Assembly (NCBI GenBank): GCA_958407545.1
Contig: CATYJA010000002.1
Coordinates: forward strand, 277 to 64,276
Length of the DNA stretch: 64,000 nt
Source of the DNA: an uncultured Collinsella sp.
Lineage (GTDB): Bacteria > Actinomycetota > Coriobacteriia > Coriobacteriales > Coriobacteriaceae
Direction: 5' to 3'
The translations under genes and the position numbers were made by a program. Within the stretch, counting starts at the first letter, position 1. Each line of letters begins with the position of its first letter. Below the pieces are notes generated by a model that worked only from the letters and a program-made list of their open reading frames with translations, made no database searches and had not been told where the DNA came from. Below are positions 20,500 to 29,292 of this stretch, piece after piece.

Positions 20500-21597
20500 T
20501 TAGAGCTGGCCTGCGTCCTCGAGGAGGGCGTCCCAGATGGCCAGCGCTGCGGCTGCTTCGGCTACGGGGACGGCTCGGGGGACGATGCAGGGATCGTGGC
20601 GGCCGTGGATCGAGAGCTCGGCATTTTCCATGGCGTCCATGTCTACGGTCTGCTGCTCGCGGCCAATCGAGGGCGTTGGCTTTACGGCCATGCGCCACAT
20701 GACGGGCGCGCCGGTCGAAATACCGCCCAGGATGCCGCCGGCGTTGTTGGACTCAACCTCGATCTCGCCGGTCTCGGCGTCGATGCGATACGGATCGTTG
20801 TTCTCGCTGCCGCGCATGGCGGCCACGGCAAAGCCCATGCCAAACTCCACGCCCTTTACGGAGGGAATGCCAAACGCGATTTGCGCGATGCGGTTCTCGA
20901 TGCCGTCGAACATGGGGTCGCCGATGCCCGCGGGAAGCCCGTAAATGCCGCACTCCACGATGCCGCCGATGCTGTCGAGCTCGTCGCGCGAGGCAAGAAT
21001 CTCCTCGCGCATGCGGCCGGCTGCGGCGGCGTCAATGCACGGCAGATCGTTCGTAAGGATTGCCTTGCGGTCGGCCTCGCGATAGACCATATCGTCCATC
21101 GGCAGGTCGGAGATGCCGCCGATCTGCGCGACGTGCGCCATGACCTGAATGCCGCGGGCCTCAAGTGCCTGCAGCGCAATGCCGCCGGCGATGCATAAGG
21201 GGGCCGTTAGGCGGCCGGAAAAATGCCCGCCACCAGCGACATCGTGCATGTTGTGATACTTCACGCGCGCAGGGAAGTCCGCATGTCCGGGACGGGGCTT
21301 GCGGCGCAGCTCGGTGTAATCATTGGAGCGCGTGTTGGTGTTCTCGATAATCGCGGCGATGGGCGCGCCGGTGGTATGTCCATCGATCACACCGGCGATG
21401 ATATGCGCGGCGTCGGCCTCGCGGCGTTTGGTTGCGGTCTCGTCGCGGCCGGGGGCGCGACGGTCGAGGAAGGCCTGCAGCTTCTCCTGGTCCACGGCGA
21501 TGCCCGCCGGGATGCCATCGAGCGAGCAGCCGATAGCGGGGGAGTGCGATTGGCCGAAGATGCTTAAGTGCAAGACGTTGCCAAAGGTCGAGGACAT
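20500..21597 (-). CDS. aroC: Chorismate synthase
   Basis: FGQSH, RPGHAD, GGGHFSGR, SNNAGGILGGIS and GRHDPCI. Confidence 0.96.
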   Translation of the reverse strand: MSSTFGNVLHLSIFGQSHSPAIGCSLDGIPAGIAVDQEKLQAFLDRRAPGRDETATKRREADAAHIIAGVIDGHTTGAPIAAIIENTNTRSNDYTELRRKPRPGHADFPARVKYHNMHDVAGGGHFSGRLTAPLCIAGGIALQALEARGIQVMAHVAQIGGISDLPMDDMVYREADRKAILTNDLPCIDAAAAGRMREEILASRDELDSIGGIVECGIYGLPAGIGDPMFDGIENRIAQIAFGIPSVKGVEFGMGFAVAAMRGSENNDPYRIDAETGEIEVESNNAGGILGGISTGAPVMWRMAVKPTPSIGREQQTVDMDAMENAELSIHGRHDPCIVPRAVPVAEAAAALAIWDALLEDAGQL

Positions 21598-21598
21598 G

Positions 21599-22918
21599 CT
21601 ATTCCTCCTCGAGTGTGACCTTGCCGCCCAGCAGGCGGTAGTGGTCGAAAAAATCGGGATAGGACTTGTTGACGGCCTCGGCGCCGTGGATCACGACCTC
21701 GCCGGTGGCACGGCTCGCGGCGATGGCGGCCATCATGGCGATGCGGTGGTCGTTGTGCGAATCGACCTCGCCGCCGGTAAAGGCATCGACGCCCTTGATG
21801 ATGAGGTCGTCGCCGGCAATACGCACCTGCGCGCCCAGCGCGGTGAGCTCGCGGGTGGTGGTGGCCAGGCGGTCGGATTCCTTGATACGCAGGCGGGCGC
21901 AATCGCGGATAAAGGTGCGGCCCTGTGCCAGCGAGGCCACGGCCGAGATAACGGGCACCAGGTCGGGAATGTCGTGGGCGCTCATCTCAAAGCCGGCGAG
22001 CTTGTCGGACTGCACGGTGGCGGCGTTGGTGGAGCGCACGATGCGGGCGCCAAAGCGCGAAAGCGCGGCAAGCACGTTGCGGTCGCCCTGTGCGGAGCTC
22101 AGGGACACGCCCTCGACGGTGATGGGGTCGGTGCCGATAGCGCCGGCACACAGCCAAAAGGCAGCGTTGGACCAGTCGCCCTCGACGGCCACGCTGCCGG
22201 GCGTGCGGTACGAGCCGCTGCTCACGCGGAAGTTCGTGACCTCGGGCTGGCCGTCCTTGGCCGGAATGCGCTCGACGTTGACCTCAACGCCAAAGGCCTT
22301 CATGGCCTGGATCGTTAGGTTGATGTAGGGGCGGCTCTCAATGAGGCCAGTCACCTGCACACAGGAGGGCTGGGCGAGCAACGGGGCTGCCAGCAGCAGG
22401 CCGGAGATATACTGCGAGCTTACGTTGCCCGGCAGCACAAAGGTGCCCGGGCGCATGCGTCCGCTTGTCTTGAGCGGAAAACCGCCCAGACCCTGTAGGT
22501 CGCAGCCGGCGGCAATGATCTCGTCCGAGAGCGGGGACAGCGGGCGTGCGCCTAGGCGGCCCTGTCCCACAAAGGTTGCCTCTGCCCCCAGCGCGCAGGC
22601 GACGGGCAGCATAAAGCGGAGCGTGGAGCCGCTCTCGCCGCAGTCGAGCGTGCCGCCGGCAAGGGCCTTGAGCAGGCCGAACTCAATGCTCTTCATGGTG
22701 GGGTGGACCTGGAAGCCGTCCTCGACGGTCTCGATGCGGGCGCCGAGCGCCGTGAGGCAGCGGACCGTGGCCTCAATATCGGCGCAGGTGGTGTTGCAGG
22801 TCACATGCGTCTCTCCGTTGGCAAGGGCAGCGCAGATGATGAGACGGTGCGCCATCGACTTGGACGCGATGGCGGGAACGGTGCCCTTAAGCGGGGACGG
22901 GGTGATGCGGGCTAGCAT
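21599..22918 (-). CDS. aroA: EPSP synthase
   Basis: SKSMAHR, CGESGSTLRF, SSQYISGLL, LRIKESDR, HNDHRIAM and KSYPDF. Confidence 0.96.
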   Translation of the reverse strand: MLARITPSPLKGTVPAIASKSMAHRLIICAALANGETHVTCNTTCADIEATVRCLTALGARIETVEDGFQVHPTMKSIEFGLLKALAGGTLDCGESGSTLRFMLPVACALGAEATFVGQGRLGARPLSPLSDEIIAAGCDLQGLGGFPLKTSGRMRPGTFVLPGNVSSQYISGLLLAAPLLAQPSCVQVTGLIESRPYINLTIQAMKAFGVEVNVERIPAKDGQPEVTNFRVSSGSYRTPGSVAVEGDWSNAAFWLCAGAIGTDPITVEGVSLSSAQGDRNVLAALSRFGARIVRSTNAATVQSDKLAGFEMSAHDIPDLVPVISAVASLAQGRTFIRDCARLRIKESDRLATTTRELTALGAQVRIAGDDLIIKGVDAFTGGEVDSHNDHRIAMMAAIAASRATGEVVIHGAEAVNKSYPDFFDHYRLLGGKVTLEEE

Positions 22919-24018
22919 GCGGATGCGTCTCCCTTCTGGCCGAGGCCCTCGGCAATGAGTTCGTGGAAAGTGGAAAGCGGCGTGCGGTCGATGCTGCAGC
23001 GGCCAATGCCGTGCGGAATCACCAGGTCGATGGTGTCGCCCGCGCGCTTCTTGTCGTGGAGCGCCTCGGCAAAGACGGCATCGGCATTGAGGTCGCAGCG
23101 GGTCTTGAGGCCGTGGCGGGCGCAGAGCTCCTCAATACGGCCGGGCAGTGCAGCATCGCAAACGCCGTGCAGGGCCGCGGCGCGCGTGATGATGCCCATG
23201 CCGATCGACACGCAGTTGCCGTGTCCGAGCTCAAAGTGCTCGCAGGCCTCGACGGCGTGTCCGGCGCTGTGTCCAAAGTTGAGCAGCTTGCGCTGGTTGG
23301 TTTCGTGCTCGTCGGCGACGACCACGGCGCGCTTGATGTCGATGTTGCGGGCGATGATGAGTGCTACGCGGGCCACATCGCGGTTGAGCAGCTCCAGCGT
23401 GAGCGGGGTCTTCTCCAGTTCGGCGAAAAGCTCCGGGTCGGCGATCACGGCGTGCTTGACGACCTCGCCGCAGCCGTCGGCGAACTGCTCGGGCGTGAGG
23501 GTGGCCAGGCACCCCACGTCGGCGATAACCACGCTCGGCTGCCAAAAGGCGCCGGCCAAGTTCTTGCCGGCAGCCAGGTCGATGGCGGTCTTGCCGCCCA
23601 CCGACGAATCCACCATGGCGAGCAGGCTCGTCGGGATCTGCACAAACTTGCAGCCGCGCATGTAGGTCGCGGCCACAAAGCCCGCCACATCGCCCACGAC
23701 GCCGCCCCCGAGTGCCACGATCACGTCGGAGCGCGAAAGCTCGTGCTCGGCCACAAACTCCAAAATGGCAACATAGGTTTCGGCGCGCTTATGGGCCTCG
23801 CCGGCCTCGAAGGTGCAGATGCCCACCTCGTAGCCTGACGCCTCCAGGCTCTGCTTAACGGGCATCTGGTAGAGCGGGCCCACGTTGGTGTCCGTCACGA
23901 TGACGGCCTTGGTACCGCCGGCAGTGGCGCGCACGAGTGGTCCCGCCTGCTCCAGCAAAAACGTGCCAACATGCACCTGGTAGGGGCGTGCAGTGTCGAT
24001 ATCGATGGTAATCGCCAT
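22912..24018 (-). CDS. aroB: 3-dehydroquinate synthase
   Basis: ALGGGVVGD, PTSLLAMVDSSVGGKT and LLNFGH. Confidence 0.96.
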   Translation of the reverse strand: MAITIDIDTARPYQVHVGTFLLEQAGPLVRATAGGTKAVIVTDTNVGPLYQMPVKQSLEASGYEVGICTFEAGEAHKRAETYVAILEFVAEHELSRSDVIVALGGGVVGDVAGFVAATYMRGCKFVQIPTSLLAMVDSSVGGKTAIDLAAGKNLAGAFWQPSVVIADVGCLATLTPEQFADGCGEVVKHAVIADPELFAELEKTPLTLELLNRDVARVALIIARNIDIKRAVVVADEHETNQRKLLNFGHSAGHAVEACEHFELGHGNCVSIGMGIITRAAALHGVCDAALPGRIEELCARHGLKTRCDLNADAVFAEALHDKKRAGDTIDLVIPHGIGRCSIDRTPLSTFHELIAEGLGQKGDASAC

Positions 24019-24054
24019 AAGCTTCGGTCCTTTCGACCTGGCGTGATAGGTGGT

Positions 24055-24969
24055 CTAGTGGGAGGTCTCGTCGTCGAGCGCGCGCTTGATGCGGTCGCCC
24101 TCGGCAAGGAGATTCTCCAGATAGCGCTGGTCGCGGTCCTTAAGGGCGCGGCTGTAGGCGCCGAGCGATTCGATAAGATGGTCGATCTCGAAGGCGAGCG
24201 CATCGGCGTCGTCGATCATAAGCTCGGACCACATCTGAGGATTGAGGTGCGCCACGCGGGTGAGATCGCGGTAGCTGCCAGCCGAAAAGCCGTGGTGGAC
24301 CTGGGCGGTGGGGCTCTTGACGTAGGCGTTGGATACCACGTGCGCAAGCTGGCTCGTGAAGGCGATGACGCGGTCGTGCTCGGCGGCGCTGGTCACGCTG
24401 AACTTGCCAAAGCCCAAGGGGCGCACCATCTCGCGCACCTGGCCCAAAAGCTCCAGTTTGAGCGCATCGTCCACCGCGGGCGGCACGAGCACGAGTGGCG
24501 CGCCCTGGAACAGGTCGGCGCGGGAGTGTGCGTAGCCCGAGTACTGCGTGCCCGCCATGGGGTGTGCGCCCACAAAGTAAAAGCCGTGCTCACGGGCAAG
24601 CTCAAAGGCACGTTCGCACACGATGCCCTTGACGCCCACGGTGTCGATCACCACGGGACCCATGATGGCCTCGGTGTCGGTGGCGTCGGCGAGGGCCTGG
24701 GTATGCGCCTCGAGCCACTCGATGCAGGCCTCGGGGTAGCAAGCCAGGACGATGATGTCGCACTCGCCGAGCGTCTCGTCGTTGAGCTCCCCGACGGCAG
24801 TGCCCATGCTGGCGGCCGTCATGACATCGTCATCGGGGTCCCAGGCCAGCACGCGGACGCCCGCCTGTGCATAGCCGCGGGCAAAGCTACCGCCGATGAG
24901 GCCAAGGCCGACGATACCGGCGCACTTGGGGCCGCCCTGGTTAACGCGCGCGTTTCTCACCGTACCCAT
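24055..24969 (-). CDS. tyrA: Prephenate/arogenate dehydrogenase
   Basis: GLGLIGGS, GAHPMAG, EHD...TSQLAH and SYRDLTRVA. Confidence 0.93.
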   Translation of the reverse strand: MGTVRNARVNQGGPKCAGIVGLGLIGGSFARGYAQAGVRVLAWDPDDDVMTAASMGTAVGELNDETLGECDIIVLACYPEACIEWLEAHTQALADATDTEAIMGPVVIDTVGVKGIVCERAFELAREHGFYFVGAHPMAGTQYSGYAHSRADLFQGAPLVLVPPAVDDALKLELLGQVREMVRPLGFGKFSVTSAAEHDRVIAFTSQLAHVVSNAYVKSPTAQVHHGFSAGSYRDLTRVAHLNPQMWSELMIDDADALAFEIDHLIESLGAYSRALKDRDQRYLENLLAEGDRIKRALDDETSH

Positions 24970-24972
24970 GGG

Positions 24973-25995
24973 CTATTCCATGGTCTCTTGGCAGACAACC
25001 TCGCGGATGGCTCGGATGCGGCGCATGGTGTCGTCGAATTGATCGGGGGTGAGGGCCTGGGCGCCGTCGGACCAGGCACGGCTCGGCTCGTCGTGGACCT
25101 CGATCTCCAGGCCGTTGGCACCGCAGGCGGTCGCAGCGAGCGCCATGGGCTCGACGTAGCGGGTGTAGCCGGTGGCGTGGCTGGGGTCGGCAACGACAGG
25201 CAGGTGTGACAGGTGGTGCAGCACCGGCACGGCGTTGAGGTCGAAGGTGTTACGGGTGCGGGTCTCGAAGGTGCGGATGCCGCGCTCGCACAGGATGACG
25301 TTGTCGTTGCCCTCGCTCATGATGTACTCGGCGGCCATAAGCAGCTCATCGATCGTGCCGGACATGCCGCGCTTGAGCAGGATCGGGGTCTTGGTCTTGC
25401 CGACCTCCTTGAGCAGGGGGAAGTTCTGGGCGTTGCGGGCGCCGATCTGCATGACGTCAATCTTCTTGTCCAAGAAGACCTGCACGTCGCGCGGGTCCAT
25501 GATCTCGGTGACGATCGGCATGTCGAGCTCGGCAGACGCCTCGCACAGCAGATCGAGGCCGGCGGGACCCATGCCCTGGTAGGCGTAGGGGGAGGTGCGG
25601 GGCTTGTAGGCGCCACCGCGTAGCATCGTGGCGCCGGCGGCCTTCACGCGGCGTGCGATGCGGATGAGGTTCTCGCCCTCGACGGAGCACGGGCCGGCGA
25701 TGACCTGGAACTGATCGCCGCCGATCTTGACGCCGTGGCCGCAGTCGATGACGGAGTCCTCGGGGTGGAACTTGCGGTTGGCGCGCTTGAACGGCTCGGA
25801 GACGCGCTGCACGCGCTCGACGACATCCATGGACTCGAGCAGGAACGGGTCGATCTTGGTCGTATCGCCCACCAGGCCGATAATCGTTTCATTCTCGCCG
25901 CGCGAGACATCGGTCTTCAGGCCCTTTTTCTCAATCCAGCTGACGATATGGCCGACGGCCTCGTCGCTGGCGCTCTGCTTTAAAATTGCAATCAT
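24973..25995 (-). CDS. aroF: DAHP synthase, type I-beta, with an N-terminal regulatory domain
   Basis: IAGPCSVE, RGGAYKPRTSPY, QIGARN, LCERGIRTF and DPSH; ATG 25995 follows GAGAGG. Confidence 0.95.
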   Translation of the reverse strand: MIAILKQSASDEAVGHIVSWIEKKGLKTDVSRGENETIIGLVGDTTKIDPFLLESMDVVERVQRVSEPFKRANRKFHPEDSVIDCGHGVKIGGDQFQVIAGPCSVEGENLIRIARRVKAAGATMLRGGAYKPRTSPYAYQGMGPAGLDLLCEASAELDMPIVTEIMDPRDVQVFLDKKIDVMQIGARNAQNFPLLKEVGKTKTPILLKRGMSGTIDELLMAAEYIMSEGNDNVILCERGIRTFETRTRNTFDLNAVPVLHHLSHLPVVADPSHATGYTRYVEPMALAATACGANGLEIEVHDEPSRAWSDGAQALTPDQFDDTMRRIRAIREVVCQETME

Positions 25996-26005
25996 GGTGT
26001 GCCTC

Positions 26006-26068
26006 TCACCTCGATGGATAACTTTTGCAAAAACGGCCCGCAATGCGAGCCGTGTATATATGGTGCAT
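26006..26068 (-). promoter_or_regulatory. Candidate 20-codon leader ORF overlapping a terminator-like hairpin in the aro operon 5' region
   Basis: Translates as MHHIYTARIAGRFCKSYPSR*. Hairpin ACGGCTCGC-ATT-GCGGGCCGT plus U-run at 26053-26029. Confidence 0.4.
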
Positions 26069-26199
26069 GAGAGTTTATACTATCTGACTTGCTTTTGCCT
26101 TCTAAAGTGGGCCGTTGCGCCACGTCTTCCTCGGAATTGCAAAGCTTTTTCTTTTATTTTGTTAGCCCGTGGTGCACTTGGGTATAATGCCAAACGTTG

Positions 26200-26276
26200 G
26201 CCCTATTAGCTCAGGGGATTAGAGCGTCTGCCTCCGGAGCAGAAGGCCGTTGGTTCGAATCCAACATGGGGCACCA
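26200..26276 (+). tRNA. tRNA-Arg (anticodon CCG)
   Basis: Acceptor GCCCTAT/ATGGGGC, anticodon arm TCTGC-CTCCGGA-GCAGA, GGTTCGAATCC and CCA end; TATAAT at 26183-26188. Confidence 0.95.
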
Positions 26277-26284
26277 TCGAACGT

Positions 26285-26321
26285 AAGACCGTCCGAACCT
26301 CGCATGGTCCGGGCGGTTTTT
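26285..26321 (+). terminator. Terminator after tRNA-Arg(CCG)
   Basis: AAGACCGTCCG...CGGGCGGTTTTT. Confidence 0.65.
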
Positions 26322-26340
26322 CTTATACCGACGCGACGTG

Positions 26341-29076
26341 ATGGGACGTGGTATGGCAGCAACGGATATCGAGCGCGGACTCTCGACCGCCGAGGTTGAG
26401 GAGCGCATCGCCGCCGGTAAGATCAACCGCAACATGGAGCTCAAGACCAAGTCGGTCAAAGAGCTCATCATCGAGAACCTCTGCACGCTGTTCAATTTGA
26501 TCAACGTGATCTTGGCGTTCCTGGTCATTTTGACCGGTTCGTTTAAGAACCTGACGTTCCTGTTTGTGGTGTTCCTCAATACCGCTATTGGCGTCATTCA
26601 ATCCATGCGGTCCAAGAAGATGGTCGATAAGCTCACGCTGCTGACCTCTAAGAAGGCCATCGCGGTGCGCGACGGTGCCGAGGTGGAGCTCGACTTGGAC
26701 CAGATCGTGCTCGACGACATCATCCGCCTGGGGCGCGGCGACCAGATTCCCGCTGACGCCGTGGTGGTTTCCGGCGAGGCGCTCGTGAACGAGAGCCTGC
26801 TGACGGGCGAGAGCGACCTTATTAAGAAACAGCCCGGTTCCGAGCTCATGAGCGGCAGCTTTATCGACTCGGGCCTGCTGCGCGCCCGCGTGATCCATGT
26901 CGGCGCCGACAACTACGTGGCCAAAATTAATAACGAGGCCAAGTACGTCAAAAAGGTCAATTCCGAGATCATGAACGCGCTTAACGCCATCGTGCGCTTT
27001 GCGAGCATTATCATGATCCCGCTCGGTTTGGCGTTGTTTGCCTCGAGTGTGAGCGAGCTGTGGGATGCCGCGGGAACCCCGGGCGATAGCGCGCTTTCGT
27101 GGTGCTTCTCCGAGCTGTTGGCTGGTCATGTGCCTTCGTCGGCGCTGCTGTCCACGGTGGGCGCCCTGCTGGGCATGATCCCGCAAGGCCTGGTGCTGCT
27201 GACCTCGTCGGTGCTCGCCATCGCCACGGTGCGCCTGGCCCGCCGCAAGGTGCTGGCGCAGCAGCTCTACTGCATCGAGACGCTCGCGCGCGTCGACGTG
27301 CTGTGCCTGGACAAGACGGGCACCATCACGTCGGGCCGCATGGAGGTCGAGGGCACGTATCCGCTGCCGGTTGAGGGCGTGAGCCTAGGCGCCGACTCCG
27401 ACGAGGCGGCCGTTCCCGTCGATACCACGGTGCTCGATTTTGCTCTGGCTAACGTGGCACGTGCGACTTCGGCCGATGCCAACGAGACCTGCCAGGCGCT
27501 GCTCAACTATTACGCCGATCGCCCGGTCGAGGTGTCTGAGCCGCTGTCGGTCATTCCATTCTCGTCGTCTAAAAAATGGAGTGGCGCTTCGTTTGCGCAG
27601 GGCTCCTACGTGATGGGTGCCGCGCAGTTTGTGCTCTCTGATCGTGTGTTTTCGCAGGTCGAGAATCGTGTCGCCGAGCTTGCCGATACCTGCCGCGTGC
27701 TCGTGGTGGCGCGCGTGGACGGCTTTACGCCCGATGGCGATATGGTGGGCGAGGCCGAGCCCGTGGGCTTTGTGACCATCCGCGACGAGATTCGTACCTC
27801 GGCGGCCGAGACTATTGGCTACTTTAACGAGCAGGGCGTGACCCTCAACGTGATCAGTGGCGACGACCCGCGTACGGTGTCGTCGATCGCGCGCGTGGTG
27901 GGCGTGCCGGGGGCGGACGCTTATGTGGACGCCACGACGCTCGATACGCCGGCCAAGCTCGATGCCGCAGTGGACCGCTACCATGTCTTTGGTCGTGTGA
28001 CCCCGCAGCAGAAGCGCGAGCTCGTGCAGGCGCTCAAGCGCCGCGAGCACACCGTGGCCATGACGGGCGACGGCGTCAACGACGTGCTGGCGCTCAAGGA
28101 GGCCGACTGCTCCGTGGCCATGGCGGCCGGCTCCGATGCCGCGCGCAACGTGGCCGAGATCGTGCTCGTCGACAACGATTTTGCCTCGATGCCCGCCGTG
28201 GTGGCCGAGGGCCGTCGCTCCATCAACAACCTGCAGCGTTCGGCGTCGCTGTTCCTGACCAAGACGCTGTTCTCGATGGGCCTGGCGGCGCTGTGCATCG
28301 CGCTGCCGCCGTACCCCTTCGAGCCCATCCAGATGACGCTCATTAACTTCTTCTGCATCGGCGCGCCGGGCTTTGTGTTGGGCCTGGAGCCCAACAATGC
28401 TCGCGTGAAGGGGTCGTTCCTGACGAACGTGCTCAAGCGGGCGCTGCCGGCGTCGATTGCGGTCATCTTGGCTGCGGCGCTCGATATCTTTGTGGCGCGC
28501 GTGTTTGGCTTTAGCCAGCTCACGCTGTCTACGATGTGCCTGCTTACGTCGTGCGCGGCGAGCGTCAGCTTGATCTGGCGCATCTCGCAGCCGCTCACGC
28601 CCTTACGTGTGGTGCTCTTTGTGTTTGTGGTCGCCGGCATCCTGGTGGGCGTTATCGGATTCCCGGAGCTGCTGTCTATTGCCAACCTGTCGATGGGCCA
28701 GATGGTTATCTTGGCTGTCATCGTGGTCTTTACCTGCTCGGTGTTCTTTAAGCTCGCCACGATGATGGATTCGCTCAAGCCGCGTCGTCGTCATGCCGCA
28801 ACTGGTTTTGGCCGTGGTGTGCGCGTTCACCTGGGTCGCGGTGGCGGCAAGGTGAGCTCGACGGGTTCGACGGCCGAGCGTTTTGCCAAGCGCGTTGCCG
28901 CCGACATGGCGCAGCGCCGCGAAGATCGCACCGCTCGCGAGGCCGAGGCCCGCGCACTCGAGGGCGTGGCCCAGGCCCAGCACAAGAAAAAGAAGAGTGC
29001 CGGAGCCAAGCGCTCTCGCGTGACCAAGTCCGCCCAAGGCATCAAAGTCTCGATGCCCAAGAAAAAGAAGAAGTAA
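26341..29076 (+). CDS. Cation-transporting P-type ATPase (CtpE-like) with a basic C-terminal tail
   Basis: LTGES, IPQGL, DKTGT, SGD and MTGDGVND. Start could be 26341 or 26353. Confidence 0.92.
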   Translation: MGRGMAATDIERGLSTAEVEERIAAGKINRNMELKTKSVKELIIENLCTLFNLINVILAFLVILTGSFKNLTFLFVVFLNTAIGVIQSMRSKKMVDKLTLLTSKKAIAVRDGAEVELDLDQIVLDDIIRLGRGDQIPADAVVVSGEALVNESLLTGESDLIKKQPGSELMSGSFIDSGLLRARVIHVGADNYVAKINNEAKYVKKVNSEIMNALNAIVRFASIIMIPLGLALFASSVSELWDAAGTPGDSALSWCFSELLAGHVPSSALLSTVGALLGMIPQGLVLLTSSVLAIATVRLARRKVLAQQLYCIETLARVDVLCLDKTGTITSGRMEVEGTYPLPVEGVSLGADSDEAAVPVDTTVLDFALANVARATSADANETCQALLNYYADRPVEVSEPLSVIPFSSSKKWSGASFAQGSYVMGAAQFVLSDRVFSQVENRVAELADTCRVLVVARVDGFTPDGDMVGEAEPVGFVTIRDEIRTSAAETIGYFNEQGVTLNVISGDDPRTVSSIARVVGVPGADAYVDATTLDTPAKLDAAVDRYHVFGRVTPQQKRELVQALKRREHTVAMTGDGVNDVLALKEADCSVAMAAGSDAARNVAEIVLVDNDFASMPAVVAEGRRSINNLQRSASLFLTKTLFSMGLAALCIALPPYPFEPIQMTLINFFCIGAPGFVLGLEPNNARVKGSFLTNVLKRALPASIAVILAAALDIFVARVFGFSQLTLSTMCLLTSCAASVSLIWRISQPLTPLRVVLFVFVVAGILVGVIGFPELLSIANLSMGQMVILAVIVVFTCSVFFKLATMMDSLKPRRRHAATGFGRGVRVHLGRGGGKVSSTGSTAERFAKRVAADMAQRREDRTAREAEARALEGVAQAQHKKKKSAGAKRSRVTKSAQGIKVSMPKKKKK

Positions 29077-29086
29077 CCACACCTCA

Positions 29087-29202
29087 CAGGGTAGCTAATT
29101 TGGGACGGGGCTTTTTTGGCTACCCTGGCTGACAGCGCGATCGGTTTGGTCGATTGACGGCCAGTGCAGCTAAAAAAGCCCCGTCTCAAATTAGCTACCC
29201 TG
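29087..29202. repeat. 116-bp palindromic element, REP-doublet (REPIN)-like
   Basis: 48-nt arms, CAGGGTAGCTAATTTGGGACGGGGCTTTTTTGGCTACCCTGGCTGACA and its inverted copy (6 differences). A related single unit lies at 46192-46222. Confidence 0.8.
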
Positions 29203-29292
29203 CGATGTTGAATTGGTGCCTTGCTCCTGTGGGGGCGTGGCGATGTTATGCTCTAACCTCGATTGTTTGAATTGCTTCGAAAAGAGGATGCC

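Noticed and set aside
19301..20698. Extended N-termini in the ORF track for pheA, aroQ, aroF, comM, dprA, istB and wzm
   Set aside because: The extensions overlap neighbouring genes or leaders. Downstream starts with SD sequences and family-typical N-termini were used instead.
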